Part shown: positions 30,540 through 41,321 of the stretch, piece after piece | How the letters are laid out: every line of letters starts with the position of its first letter | Position numbering within the stretch: position 1 is the first letter of the stretch | Source of the DNA: an uncultured Fidelibacterota bacterium | Lineage (GTDB): Bacteria > Fidelibacterota > Marinisomatia > Marinisomatales > UBA1611 | Assembly (NCBI GenBank): GCA_913040915.1 | Contig: CAJWHW010000004.1 | Location: 15,351-79,350 of the forward strand | DNA length: 64,000 nt | Direction of reading: 5' to 3' | Notes under the pieces: model-generated | Told to the model about the DNA's origin: nothing | The model's input: the letters and a program-made list of their open reading frames with translations, nothing else | Database searches by the model: none | Translations under genes and position numbers: made by a program

Positions 30540-31910
30540 TTAAATTGAAAGGAGGTTCCCAGCAATACCGAAATAAAGTAACACACCTAATATATCAATG
30601 CTGGTTGTAACGAAAGGTCCAGTTGCAATTGCTGGATCAACATCAATTTTTCTGAAAATAAGAGGAATAAATGTCCCCATTGCAGCTGCAATGAGCATGG
30701 ATGAGCAGATACTTAGGCCTACAACAATACCCAGCATTGGATCAGTATCCATAAAGCTAAATTTGGCAAATAAACCAAGTAAGAGCCCGTAAAGAATACC
30801 TAATATCATTCCAACCTGAATCTCTTTAAAAAGAACCTTTAATTCATTGCCAGCCTCAATTCGTCCTGTGGCGATCCCACGGACAATGATGGTGGAAGAT
30901 TGAGTCCCAATATTACCTCCCATTCCTATAATCACAGGAATAAAAGCTGCCAGTGAAATTATACTTTCCAACATATATTCAAAAGTGCCGATTACATTTG
31001 CAGCAGTGATACCGCCAATCCAAGAAGCAAATAACCAGGGTAACCGAGCTTTTGCATTGCCCCAGCTCGATTTAAGTAAAATTTCACGATCCTTACCAGC
31101 ACCTGCCATTTGTAAAAAGTCTTCGGTCGCTTCTTGACGAATTACGTCAACCACATCATCCACAGTGACAATCCCAATTAAATGATCATCTTCATCTAAA
31201 ACAGGTACAGCTAAATAATTATATTGAGCAACAATTTGAGCTACATCTTCTTGGTCAGTTTCTGGCCGCACAGAATGTACTCGTTTTACCATGATGTCCA
31301 TCAGGAGAGCATCCTGTGGTGTGGTTGCCAATGCACGGAGTGATGCTACTCCAACGAGCCGATTATCATCATCTGTAATGTAAAGATAAAAGACCATTTC
31401 TGCTTCTTCTTGATCTTGAAGCGTCCTTAATGCTTCACCACAGGTTGTATTCTGATAAAGGGTAAAAACATTTGTAGTCATCATGGCACCAGCGGAATCT
31501 CCCGGATAGCCCATAAGTTCTTCAATCTCTTCCTGTTCTTCAGTTTTCAATAAATCAATAACTGACTGTGCCTGCTCTTCTTCAAGTGTCCCTAGTATAT
31601 AGCTTTGATCATTTGTTGAAGCATATTCAATTAATCTAGCAATCCTCTGGGGATGTTCTTCTATCAATAAATTGGCTATTATAGTATCATCCAGTTCAAC
31701 TAAAAATTCAGCTGTATGTTCATTCTCTTTTAAGAGATTGAACACTTGATATTGTTCTTCATCATTAAAGTATCGAAATACAATTGCTAGATCTGCGGGA
31801 TGCGTTTTATTAATTAGTTTGCCTAGGTTCGTATGGGCATGTCTGCGCAATAATCGGCCAAAAGTATCCCTTAAAATAGTGATTTCATGCCTAAACATTT
31901 CTTTTTTCAT
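30540..31910 (-). CDS. mgtE: Magnesium transporter MgtE
   Basis: HPADLA N-domain, CBS pair (SAGAMMT, GIVTVDD), ARLPWL, GGNIGTQ and DPAIATGPFVTTSID motifs. Confidence 0.95.
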   Translation of the reverse strand: MKKEMFRHEITILRDTFGRLLRRHAHTNLGKLINKTHPADLAIVFRYFNDEEQYQVFNLLKENEHTAEFLVELDDTIIANLLIEEHPQRIARLIEYASTNDQSYILGTLEEEQAQSVIDLLKTEEQEEIEELMGYPGDSAGAMMTTNVFTLYQNTTCGEALRTLQDQEEAEMVFYLYITDDDNRLVGVASLRALATTPQDALLMDIMVKRVHSVRPETDQEDVAQIVAQYNYLAVPVLDEDDHLIGIVTVDDVVDVIRQEATEDFLQMAGAGKDREILLKSSWGNAKARLPWLFASWIGGITAANVIGTFEYMLESIISLAAFIPVIIGMGGNIGTQSSTIIVRGIATGRIEAGNELKVLFKEIQVGMILGILYGLLLGLFAKFSFMDTDPMLGIVVGLSICSSMLIAAAMGTFIPLIFRKIDVDPAIATGPFVTTSIDILGVLLYFGIAGNLLSI

Positions 31911-32704
31911 TATCTAACCTTTATTTGATTGATTTCTTTAAATCCAAAAGCAGTCGCACCTAAAGCCATAATAATAATCCAAGGCGCTACATGACCATAC
32001 CAAATATAGACACTTGATTCAGCTGTATTTGAAAATGAAAATAACATAGCTCCAGCATTATTCATCCCATGTAAGATCAAAGGAGGCAACACTGATCCTG
32101 TTCTCCAGGCTAAAAATCCCAAAAGGATTCCTAATAAATATATTTGTATAAACCAAAAAGGGTTCATGTGAATCATAGCGAAAAACAAAGCAGTAATTAG
32201 AATAGCCCGTGTAACATCTTTCCAATATTTTTCTAAAAATTGTTGGAGAAAACCACGAAACAAGAGTTCTTCACCTAAAGGTGCAATTAAAACAACCGCA
32301 ACAAATAAAAGAATGAATCCACTGACAGACTCAGGTTGGAGTAGTCCGTTAAGGTCCACAATATAATCCGGTGCCGGTATAAACATTTGTACAATTCTAT
32401 CAAGTTCATCTGATAGTATGATTACGCCAAAAGAAAAAAGAGTGGTAGATATAAATATTTCTTGAGAGATAGGATTTAATCTAAGTCGTTTGAAAAGAGG
32501 TTGTTTTTTGGAAATCAGGAACCAGAGCAAGGGAGCAACCATAAACCCTTGCCCAACAATAAAGGAAATAAATGTATAGAGCTTTTTTGAAGAATCCGGA
32601 TTAGATAAACCAATCCCCAATACCAATCCACCAGCAAAAAAGGCAGATAGAATGGATAGCACTACAATGCCGAAAGCGGTTTGGATACTGAACGTATTGT
32701 TCAT
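31910..32704 (-). CDS. CPBP (CAAX/Abi) intramembrane metalloprotease
   Basis: EELLFRG, FAMIH and HGMNN motifs; multiple TM segments. Confidence 0.9.
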   Translation of the reverse strand: MNNTFSIQTAFGIVVLSILSAFFAGGLVLGIGLSNPDSSKKLYTFISFIVGQGFMVAPLLWFLISKKQPLFKRLRLNPISQEIFISTTLFSFGVIILSDELDRIVQMFIPAPDYIVDLNGLLQPESVSGFILLFVAVVLIAPLGEELLFRGFLQQFLEKYWKDVTRAILITALFFAMIHMNPFWFIQIYLLGILLGFLAWRTGSVLPPLILHGMNNAGAMLFSFSNTAESSVYIWYGHVAPWIIIMALGATAFGFKEINQIKVR

Positions 32705-32838
32705 AAGGGTCGGATTCCTTGGAATTCATTTAACAAAAATTACGATACTGAATCAGTTTTTTAAAAAGATGATTTATTAAATATCTATATCAATTCATTC
32801 AAATAAAAATTTGACTTGATTATATTATTTAATTGATA

Positions 32839-33585
32839 TTAAGGCTCCTTTCTAGAAAATTTATACATAAGAATAGAGCCAGCTACTGAAACATTCAGCG
32901 ATTCTCCAAAGCCCTGTTTATTAATTGTTACAAATTCATGAAGTAGATTACGAGATTCATCAGATAGGCCACGTGCTTCGTTGCCAAAAACTAAAACATA
33001 ATTTTTGGGTACAGAAAATTGATCTGATGATTTTCCAGATTGATCTGCGCCAATTAAGGTATGAGATACAGTAAATTGGCTCAAAAAAACATTAGTATAT
33101 ATGGAAAGCCCAAAATGTGCACCCATGCCTGCACGTACAACTTTAGGATTAAATGGATCAACACAATCAGGTGATAATGCAATATGATTAAATCCAAAAT
33201 ATCCTGCAGATCGAATAAGTGTCCCCATATTTCCAGGGTCTGAAATTTTATCAAAAAACACCCATTTTGGTATTGATTCATTTAGTGGTTTTGGTTTTGG
33301 TAATCGACATATAGCTGCAATACCTGATGGCGATTCTGTGAAAGATAATTTTTTCATAACTTTAGATGGAATACATGTCATCTCCACTCCACAAGCAAAG
33401 ATTTTATCTTTAAAATCGGAATTATCCTTAAGGAATGAATGGGTAACATAAATGATCTCAAGGTTGGCTTGCATCTCTATCGCAGTTTGAACTAACCGTT
33501 TTCCTTCAATGAAATATTGTTGATATCTCTGCCGATATTTTATTTTTTCTAACGAATGTACTCTCTTTATTTCACTATTTATCAT
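32839..33585 (-). CDS. TrmH/SpoU family RNA methyltransferase
   Basis: IEG, DPGNMGTLIRSA, VVRAGMGA, FGNEARG and ESLNVSVAG motifs. Confidence 0.92.
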   Translation of the reverse strand: MINSEIKRVHSLEKIKYRQRYQQYFIEGKRLVQTAIEMQANLEIIYVTHSFLKDNSDFKDKIFACGVEMTCIPSKVMKKLSFTESPSGIAAICRLPKPKPLNESIPKWVFFDKISDPGNMGTLIRSAGYFGFNHIALSPDCVDPFNPKVVRAGMGAHFGLSIYTNVFLSQFTVSHTLIGADQSGKSSDQFSVPKNYVLVFGNEARGLSDESRNLLHEFVTINKQGFGESLNVSVAGSILMYKFSRKEP

Positions 33586-33709
33586 ATCTGCTTGATAGTT
33601 TTACATATTGAAAATAACAGAATCTTCAATGATAAATCTAAAGAAATCTACCTTGGTGTGTACAGCAGTCACCGGTAATTTTCCCTTCAATAATTAAGCA
33701 TTTTATATT

Positions 33710-35176
33710 ATGAGCAAAGGATTACCCAATAGAGATACTGATTTTTCTGCATGGTATACCCAAGTGGTACACCGTGCCGGGTTAGCTGATTATGGCCCGG
33801 TGAAAGGAACCATGGTCATTAAGCCTTATGGTTTCCAATTGTGGGACAACATTAAACAAGCATTTGATAAAATGATTAAAGAAACTGGGCATGTGAATGC
33901 CTATTTCCCTTTGTTTATACCAAAATCATTTTTGGCTAAGGAAGCTAAACATGTGGAGGGCTTTGCAAAAGAATGTGCGGTAGTAACCCATACACGATTA
34001 AAAGCCGATGATGATTATGGTGTCGTGGTAGACCCAGAGTCAAAATTAGATGAAGAAATTATTGTTCGCCCTACATCTGAAACTGTGATTTGGTCCATGT
34101 ATAAAAAATGGATTCAATCCTATCGTGATTTACCATTACTCATAAATCAATGGGCTAATGTAGTACGATGGGAAATGCGAACAAGGCTCTTTTTACGTAC
34201 ATCAGAATTTTTATGGCAGGAAGGTCATACAGCCCACGCGACAGCAGAAGAAGCCCAAAAAGAAACACTAAAAATTTTAGAGCTTTATCGTCAATTAGCA
34301 GAAGATTACTTAGCCGTTCCCGTTTTTATTGGTGTTAAAACAGAATCAGAAAAATTTGCCGGAGCAGAAAAAACATACTGTATTGAAGCAATGATGGGGG
34401 ATAAAAGGGCATTGCAGGCAGGCACCAGTCATAATTTAGGTCAAAATTTTGCTAAAGCATTTGATGTAAAATTTCAAACAAAAGATAATAGAGAAGAATT
34501 AGTATGGGCCACAAGTTGGGGGGTTAGTACAAGATTAGTTGGTGCTATAATCTTAACTCATGGTGATGAAAAAGGTCTCCGGCTGCCGCCTAAAATATCC
34601 CCTATTCAATTAGTGATAATCCCTATTTCACGGAATGAAGAACAGGAAAATGCTGTAAAAAATTATTTAGCTCCACTTGTTGAATCATTAAAGAAGATAG
34701 GTATACGAGTTCACCAGGATTGGTCTGATAATTCTCCCGGATTTAAATTTAATGAATGGGAAATGAAAGGTGTCCCATTACGCATGGAAGTTGGCCCACG
34801 CGATGTTGAAAACGGTAATGTGATTGTAGCTAGACGAGATACCAGTGAAAAATCTTTTTTATCTAAAAAAGATGCTTTAGATAAAATACCAGAACTATTA
34901 ACTCAAATTCAGCAGGGATTATTTAATCAGGCAAAACAATTTCAAAATAAAAATACTCATTCTGTTGAAAGCTATGATTCGTTGAAAAAAGTAATTGAAA
35001 AAGGAGGGTTTGTCCGTTGTGGGTGGGATGGGACTGATAAAACAGAAGCTAAAGTAAAAGAAGAAACCAAAGCAACTATTCGATGTATTCTTATGGATGA
35101 AAACCCGCATGGATTAACTTGTATCTATTCTGGTAAGCCCGCAAAACATGAGGTGATTTACGCTAAAGCGTATTGA
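33710..35176 (+). CDS. proS: Proline--tRNA ligase (archaeal/eukaryotic type)
   Basis: RPTSE, QWANVVRWE, FLRTSEFLWQEGH, ALQAGTSH, SWGVSTR and C-terminal AKAY motifs. Confidence 0.97.
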   Translation: MSKGLPNRDTDFSAWYTQVVHRAGLADYGPVKGTMVIKPYGFQLWDNIKQAFDKMIKETGHVNAYFPLFIPKSFLAKEAKHVEGFAKECAVVTHTRLKADDDYGVVVDPESKLDEEIIVRPTSETVIWSMYKKWIQSYRDLPLLINQWANVVRWEMRTRLFLRTSEFLWQEGHTAHATAEEAQKETLKILELYRQLAEDYLAVPVFIGVKTESEKFAGAEKTYCIEAMMGDKRALQAGTSHNLGQNFAKAFDVKFQTKDNREELVWATSWGVSTRLVGAIILTHGDEKGLRLPPKISPIQLVIIPISRNEEQENAVKNYLAPLVESLKKIGIRVHQDWSDNSPGFKFNEWEMKGVPLRMEVGPRDVENGNVIVARRDTSEKSFLSKKDALDKIPELLTQIQQGLFNQAKQFQNKNTHSVESYDSLKKVIEKGGFVRCGWDGTDKTEAKVKEETKATIRCILMDENPHGLTCIYSGKPAKHEVIYAKAY

Positions 35177-35219
35177 AGTTTTTTATAAGAAAAATCGAAA
35201 AAAACTTAATTAATTTAAC

Positions 35220-35909
35220 TTGATTATTCATACTCCTGCCATTGTTTTAAATTCATTCCCATATGGTGATACATCTCTAATTGCCAGATGTTTTACAAAA
35301 GACCAAGGTAAGGTAAGTCTAATTGTAAAAGGGGCCCGTACAAAAACCTCACCGAAATCTGCCCAGTTTCAACCAATTAGTTTTATCGATATAATATATC
35401 ACCAAAAATCAAATCGGGCATTACAAGTACTCTCTAAAGTTAATTTTCGGGAATCGTGGTCCAGAATTTTAGATGATTTAAAATCAGTCACACTAGCCAT
35501 GGCTATTTTAGAAATGACGGAAAGAACAATCCATGATGATGATCCACATCCTGGGCTATTTTCAATACTTGTCGATGTACTGAGAGCTTATAACCATGGC
35601 GAAGTTGATCCAAATTTATTATTCTGGTTCTATGAATGTAGCTTGTTATCTCACTTAGGCTTCCAACCAAACTTGGACCAAAGAGAATTACCCGGAGTGA
35701 TACTTCCTGATCCAAATCTAGGCCCTAATAGTGGAATTATTTTAGCGAGTCTTTTATCAGAAGATATAACGAAATTACCGAGAGAGGAGATTACTCCGAT
35801 TGATTTGAAAATTATCAGCGATTATCTTTGGACATTACTTCGCTATCATTTTGACAATTTGGATAAAATGAAATCTATGGGGGTGGCTAGAAAAATTTTA
35901 AATAATTAA
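35220..35909 (+). CDS. recO: DNA repair protein RecO
   Basis: AIVL..YGDTSLI, FT..GKV..VKGAR OB-fold pattern and LLSHLGFQP; TTG start. Confidence 0.85.
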   Translation: MIIHTPAIVLNSFPYGDTSLIARCFTKDQGKVSLIVKGARTKTSPKSAQFQPISFIDIIYHQKSNRALQVLSKVNFRESWSRILDDLKSVTLAMAILEMTERTIHDDDPHPGLFSILVDVLRAYNHGEVDPNLLFWFYECSLLSHLGFQPNLDQRELPGVILPDPNLGPNSGIILASLLSEDITKLPREEITPIDLKIISDYLWTLLRYHFDNLDKMKSMGVARKILNN

Positions 35910-36027
35910 ATATTCAATCATAATCTGATGTAAAAATGTACATCGAATTTATATAAATTATATAAAGCTATAAATTGAAGCTATGGAACTATTTCCAAAC
36001 CAATGAATTACTTAATTTCAAAAGCCT

Positions 36028-36855
36028 ATGAGATATCAATTTCAATCAAACCCAAGCCAATTTTCATATAAACCATCAATATTTACAGATGCGATCAAGA
36101 TACTTGTTTCTATAAATTTTGGTATATTTGTACTGCAAACCATCTCTGGTGCAGAGTCACTATTCTTTCCATTATTCGGACTGGTTCCTAAACTGGTCTG
36201 GTCCCAGTTTATGTTATGGCAGCCCTTCACTTATTTGTTTTTCCATGGAGGGGTTTGGCACGTACTCATTAATATGTTTGTACTATGGATGTTTGGTAGC
36301 GAATTAGAAAGGCTATGGGGTAAAGTTCATTTTTTGAGATTTTATTTTATTACTGGCATTGGAGCAGGTCTGCTCACCATGCTTTTTGGCCTTGATTCAA
36401 TAACGCCAATAGTTGGAGCCAGTGGGGCTGTTTACGGTATTCTTCTAGCATATGGGCTTACTTATCCAAATCGAACAATTTATCTTTATGGAATCATTCC
36501 TATTAAATCATTATGGTTTATAATTGGTATTGGCACCATTGCTTTTATATCGTCTTTTGATGGAGGCTCCCAAATAAGTCATCTTACACATTTATCGGGC
36601 ATGGTAATAGGCTACTTTGTATTAAAAAAGCCTGTTCGTTTGAATGATCTTTGGTTCAGTATTCGCAAACGGACCATGGAATACAAAGTGCAACAACAAG
36701 AAAAAAAGTTCTCGGAACAGCAAGCCATCGAACTAGACATTGATCGAATTTTAGATAAGATCCACCGCGAAGGATTTGACAGTTTAAGTGAGGAGGAAAA
36801 TGATCGTTTATACAAAGGCAGTCAATCCATCTCCCGTTCAAGGAAAAAAGATTGA
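36028..36855 (+). CDS. Rhomboid family intramembrane serine protease
   Basis: WQPFTYLFFH, HVLINM, GASG and HLSG motifs; C-terminal IDRILDKI..G..SL domain. Confidence 0.92.
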   Translation: MRYQFQSNPSQFSYKPSIFTDAIKILVSINFGIFVLQTISGAESLFFPLFGLVPKLVWSQFMLWQPFTYLFFHGGVWHVLINMFVLWMFGSELERLWGKVHFLRFYFITGIGAGLLTMLFGLDSITPIVGASGAVYGILLAYGLTYPNRTIYLYGIIPIKSLWFIIGIGTIAFISSFDGGSQISHLTHLSGMVIGYFVLKKPVRLNDLWFSIRKRTMEYKVQQQEKKFSEQQAIELDIDRILDKIHREGFDSLSEEENDRLYKGSQSISRSRKKD

Positions 36856-36914
36856 TTCACTTTTTTGGGGACTTTCTTAATTTTACCTTCTATTAAATCT
36901 ATTTTAATAAAAAT

Positions 36915-37838
36915 ATGGATAATCAAAAAGGCACAACTGATTTAGGGACTTTGATTGGTTTCTTAGCTGGCATAAGCATTATTGTGATTGGTGTTGTGCA
37001 AAGTGGTGGAAAATTATTTTGGTTTTTTAATTTTAATTCTTTGCTAATTGTTGTTGGTGGGACCTTTGCTGCTACTATGGTTAATCTTCCTTTAAAAGCA
37101 GTAGGCAATTTATTTAATATTTTGAAAAATGTTTTTAAAGGCGAAGATTACAATTATGTTGGGACCATTAATGAAATTGTTGAAAAAGCACAAAAAGCTC
37201 GCAAAAATGGGTTACTTTCATTAGAAAAAGAATTGCCAAACATGCGTGAAGGGTTTTTTAAAAATGGGATTGAGTTAGCTATCAATGAAAGAGAATCTTC
37301 TCGTCTTCGAACCTTTTTGAATCTTGAAATGAATAATATTCAAAACAGGCATATAGCTGGGCAGGAATTATTTCTTTATATGGGGTCCTATGCACCGGCA
37401 TTTGGAATGTTAGGAACTGTATTAGGTCTTATTGTAATGATGAACAATTTTGCAGGCGGTGAAATCACTACTGCAATGGCAACATCTTATGATATAGCAG
37501 ATCGTTTTGCAGAATTATTATCCGGGATGGGTTTAGCTTTAATAACAACCTTCTATGGTGTATTTATGGCTAACATGATTTTTCTCCCAATTGGCGGGAA
37601 ACTCAAACGGCGTTCCGAAAATGAAATGATGTTGAAAAGTATTGTTGTTGAAGGTATTATCAGTATTCATGCTCGAGAACATCCTATTTTAATTAAAGAG
37701 AAACTTCTGACATTTGTTCCTGCTTATGTACGCTATAAGCCCGAAGACATTATAATTGAAGATAAACCTCAATCTTCCTTATCAGCCGTAAAGGAAAAAC
37801 TAGAGGAAGAAAAAGTAAACAAAGACGAAGAAGGGTAA
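36915..37838 (+). CDS. motA: MotA/PomA-family stator A subunit
   Basis: LLIVVGGT, ARKNGLLSLE, APAFGMLGTVLGL, ALITTFYG and P.GGKL motifs. Confidence 0.88.
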   Translation: MDNQKGTTDLGTLIGFLAGISIIVIGVVQSGGKLFWFFNFNSLLIVVGGTFAATMVNLPLKAVGNLFNILKNVFKGEDYNYVGTINEIVEKAQKARKNGLLSLEKELPNMREGFFKNGIELAINERESSRLRTFLNLEMNNIQNRHIAGQELFLYMGSYAPAFGMLGTVLGLIVMMNNFAGGEITTAMATSYDIADRFAELLSGMGLALITTFYGVFMANMIFLPIGGKLKRRSENEMMLKSIVVEGIISIHAREHPILIKEKLLTFVPAYVRYKPEDIIIEDKPQSSLSAVKEKLEEEKVNKDEEG

Positions 37839-37842
37839 TATT

Positions 37843-38577
37843 TTGACGCAATTTCGTCAGCCTGTTTCCATGGATGAAAGGAAAGCTAAAGCTACTGCAT
37901 GGGCATTAACATTTGCAGATATGGTCACATTATTGCTTACATTTTTTGTTTTATTGCTTGTAATTCTCAATGATGCGGAAAAACAGATTGATGCAGTTAT
38001 TAATAAACTGTTGGATGATACTTATGAAAAAATGAATGATGATTTAAGCTCCGCTACTGTATCTGTTGATAGAGTCACAAAAGGTATTAAAATCACAATT
38101 CGTGGAAATTTATTTAAATCTACTGCAGCAGACGTTGAACCTGAATATTATCCTGTAATACATCAAATTGGTAAAATTATTAGGGAATCAGAAGTAATCA
38201 ATATATTTGATGATGCCGGTTATGCCAATATATTAGAATTAATTCATAATCGAGGCTCTCAATTGAATGTGGAAGTACGGTGTGAAGGACATACAGATGA
38301 TGAAAAATTACCACCAAATTCGGATTATCCTAGTAACTGGGAACTATCAGCAGCTAGGTCCTTGAATTTAGTGCGAATTATGAATAAATATGCTGCTATG
38401 CCTGAAAAATATTTTTCTGCCATGGGATATGGTGAATTCCGACCTATTATTGATGTCGGTTCTATTCGTAATCCAGAAGAAAAGAGAAAAGCTCGAGCCA
38501 TAAACCGTAGAGTCGAAATCTATTTAGATGCTTTCTTAAAGAAAAAGGTATTATCAGAAATTAAAATAAACGTTTAA
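37843..38577 (+). CDS. motB: MotB/PomB-family stator B subunit with an OmpA-like peptidoglycan-binding domain
   Basis: WALTFADMVTLLLTFFVLL TM with the critical Asp; EGHTD, NWELSAAR, GYGEFRP and NRRVEI motifs. Confidence 0.88.
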   Translation: MTQFRQPVSMDERKAKATAWALTFADMVTLLLTFFVLLLVILNDAEKQIDAVINKLLDDTYEKMNDDLSSATVSVDRVTKGIKITIRGNLFKSTAADVEPEYYPVIHQIGKIIRESEVINIFDDAGYANILELIHNRGSQLNVEVRCEGHTDDEKLPPNSDYPSNWELSAARSLNLVRIMNKYAAMPEKYFSAMGYGEFRPIIDVGSIRNPEEKRKARAINRRVEIYLDAFLKKKVLSEIKINV

Positions 38578-38589
38578 AATTTATTACTT

Positions 38590-38949
38590 CTAAGGTTTTT
38601 CAGTTATTTTTGGTATTACTTTAAAAACTTTTTCTCCTGGCTTTGCCATCCTAAATCGTTCACGGGCCAATTTTTCAATATATTCTAGATCATTCTCCAA
38701 TCTGTTTTTTTCAGCGATAAGTGTTTCCCTATTGGCCCTCAATTCACCAATTTTTTTCTGAATTTGCACTCTTTCTTGTTTAAGTGTATAAAGTTGGAAT
38801 AGCCCGTGGTCTCCAAAAATGAAAATGATCAGTAATGTGATACCTATCAATAACAATATACCGCGCACGAATTGACGCTGTGTTTCAGCAATTTGGTATT
38901 TAATTGTTTTTGGTTCGCCTTGTCTTTTCATTTTTGAATATTGTATCAT
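38590..38949 (-). CDS. ftsB: Septum formation initiator FtsB/DivIC
   Basis: One TM segment, coiled coil and [14 protein letters not shown] motif; directly after eno, which is the usual arrangement. Confidence 0.85.
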   Translation of the reverse strand: MIQYSKMKRQGEPKTIKYQIAETQRQFVRGILLLIGITLLIIFIFGDHGLFQLYTLKQERVQIQKKIGELRANRETLIAEKNRLENDLEYIEKLARERFRMAKPGEKVFKVIPKITEKP

Positions 38950-40235
38950 TTAGAATGCCCTAGAACATCGATTGTGGCAAACCTTGCTGATGTCCCTAAT
39001 TCTTCCTCAATTCTTATAAGCTGATTGTATTTACAAACCCTATCCGTGCGAGAAGCAGAGCCAGTTTTGATTTGCCCCATGCCCATGGCAACAGCGAAAT
39101 CTGCAATAGTAGTATCTTCTGTCTCACCAGATCGATGAGAAATTATTGCACCGTATTCTGCGTTTCTTGCCATTTCCACAGCTTGAATTGTTTCTGTTAC
39201 AGTACCAATTTGATTTAGTTTGATAAGGATCCCATTCATACTATTTTCATTAATAGCACGTTCTAAGCGATTAATATTAGTAACCGTCAAATCATCTCCA
39301 ACAATTTGAATTTTTTCTCCAAATTCTGATGTAAAATAATTCCACCCTGACCAATCATCTTCATGCAGGCCATCTTCAATAGAAACGATAGGGTACTTGG
39401 TAGCTAAGCTCCCAAGATATTGCACCATTTCTGTAGATGAAAGTGATTTACCTTCAGATTCTAAATGATACTTTCCATCCTTATATAATTCACTAGCTGC
39501 TACATCCAATGCTATATACAGATCTTTTCCTGATTTATATCCTGATTTTACAATTGCCTCTAATATTACCTCAATAGCTTCTTCGTTAGATGATAAATTA
39601 GGTGCAAAGCCTCCTTCATCTCCAACTGCTGTATTCATTTCTTTAGATTTGAGTACGGATTTCAAACAGTGAAAAACTTCTGTTCCCATCTGCAGAGCCT
39701 CAGAAAATGTATTTGCACCAAATGGGAAAATCATAAATTCCTGGATATCTACTGTATTATCTGCATGACTGCCACCATTAAGAATATTCATCATGGGAAC
39801 AGGAAGTATTCTTGCTTTGTCTCCGCCTAAATAATGGTAAAGAGGTCGACCTGTTACTTTTGCGCCAGCGTGTGCAGCAGCCATTGATACACCCAATAAT
39901 GCATTAGCTCCAAGGTTGGATTTATTATCTGTGCCATCTAATCGAATCATTAATTGATCTATTTCTACTTGATTAGTTACATCCATACCTTTCAGTGCAC
40001 TAGCTATAGTAGAATTAATATGTGTAATTGCAGATCGTACGCCTTTACCCATATATCTTTTATGATCGCCATCCCGCATTTCAATAGCCTCATGATCACC
40101 AGTGGATGCACCTGAAGGGACTGCCGCCCGCCCTAAAATATTATTTGTGAGAAAAATATCAACCTCTACGGTTGGATTCCCGCGAGAATCTAATATCTCG
40201 CGGGCATGGATTTTTTCAATAGCAGAATTCAACAA
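38946..40235 (-). CDS. eno: Enolase
   Basis: [36 protein letters not shown] and SHRSGETED motifs; AGGAG SD and TTG start. Confidence 0.98.
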   Translation of the reverse strand: MLNSAIEKIHAREILDSRGNPTVEVDIFLTNNILGRAAVPSGASTGDHEAIEMRDGDHKRYMGKGVRSAITHINSTIASALKGMDVTNQVEIDQLMIRLDGTDNKSNLGANALLGVSMAAAHAGAKVTGRPLYHYLGGDKARILPVPMMNILNGGSHADNTVDIQEFMIFPFGANTFSEALQMGTEVFHCLKSVLKSKEMNTAVGDEGGFAPNLSSNEEAIEVILEAIVKSGYKSGKDLYIALDVAASELYKDGKYHLESEGKSLSSTEMVQYLGSLATKYPIVSIEDGLHEDDWSGWNYFTSEFGEKIQIVGDDLTVTNINRLERAINENSMNGILIKLNQIGTVTETIQAVEMARNAEYGAIISHRSGETEDTTIADFAVAMGMGQIKTGSASRTDRVCKYNQLIRIEEELGTSARFATIDVLGHSK

Positions 40236-40350
40236 TTACTCCTGTAAATTATATGACCAAATTAGAAATAGTGATAACCACCATTCAATAGGAATAACAT
40301 TTAATTGAGATTTTGGAACAAGTAAAAAATTACTCCATTAAACTAGATTC

Positions 40351-41316
40351 ATGTTCGAATTAAAATCATATAATCAAAAAGAAGAATCCCAGTGGGATGA
40401 TTTTGTGGGAAAAAGTAATAATGGAACCATATTTCATCTCCGCCGATTTTTAAATTATCATCCGAAAGGTCGTTTCAAAGACCAAAGTATTTTAATAGAG
40501 AAAAAGGGGAAGTTATTTTCAGTATTACCAGCTGTAGAGCATGATTTACAAGGCTCCAAGTATTTAATTTCTCACCCTGGTTCAACAGTAGGATCATTTG
40601 TTGTGGCAGAGAATTTATCTATAGCCGATGCAATGGAGATAGTATCACTTTTGATAGAATTTGCGAAAAAGAATAATTTTGATGGTGTTCGTATTACTTT
40701 ACCACCAGTACTTTACCAAAGGCGTTTATCCCATTATTTAGATTTTGCTTTTTTCAAATCAGGATTTAAATATTTAAAAAGAGATTTGACCAGTATACTT
40801 TTTTTAGAAAACTCATTGCAGCAAAACCTAGATAAGTTTAGATCATCTCATAAAAGAGCAGTACGAAATGCAGAGTCAAAAGGAGTACTTGTAAAGAAGA
40901 CAAATGATTTTGCTACTTTCTATAAAATATTAGAGAAAAATCTGAATATTAGACATGGTGTTACTCCTACTCATAATTTAAATGAATTATTGGATCTTCA
41001 TCAGCGATTCCCTGAAAGAATCAATTTATTTGGTGCATTTATTAATAATCAAATGGTAGCAGGTGTTGTGAATTTTATAGTAAATAAACAGGTCGTATTA
41101 GCTTTCTATATCAGCCATGATGAATCATTTAAAGATTACCGAGCCGTTAACTTGCTATTTTTTTCTATTTTTGATTGGGCAATTCAACAAAAGTTCAAGA
41201 TTTATGATTTTGGCATTTTTACAGTAAATGGTGAACCGAATATGGGGCTAGGTAGGTTTAAGGAAAATTTTGGTTCCAGCGGTATTTTCAGAGATACGAT
41301 CGAAATTAAACTTTAA
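40351..41316 (+). CDS. GNAT/FemAB-like acyltransferase
   Basis: WDDFV..S.NGTIFH, SHPG, YDFG and GL.RFKENFG patterns; first gene of the glycan cluster. Confidence 0.75.
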   Translation: MFELKSYNQKEESQWDDFVGKSNNGTIFHLRRFLNYHPKGRFKDQSILIEKKGKLFSVLPAVEHDLQGSKYLISHPGSTVGSFVVAENLSIADAMEIVSLLIEFAKKNNFDGVRITLPPVLYQRRLSHYLDFAFFKSGFKYLKRDLTSILFLENSLQQNLDKFRSSHKRAVRNAESKGVLVKKTNDFATFYKILEKNLNIRHGVTPTHNLNELLDLHQRFPERINLFGAFINNQMVAGVVNFIVNKQVVLAFYISHDESFKDYRAVNLLFFSIFDWAIQQKFKIYDFGIFTVNGEPNMGLGRFKENFGSSGIFRDTIEIKL

Positions 41317-41321
41317 TAATA

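Noticed and set aside
31910..32704. Abortive-infection defence gene
   Set aside because: The 'Abi' label of CPBP proteases does not imply phage defence, and the context (mgtE, GT2) is housekeeping.
36915..38577. Zorya (ZorAB) anti-phage system
   Set aside because: The A subunit lacks the long ZorA tail, there are no ZorC/D/E-like neighbours, and the motifs are flagellar-stator-like.
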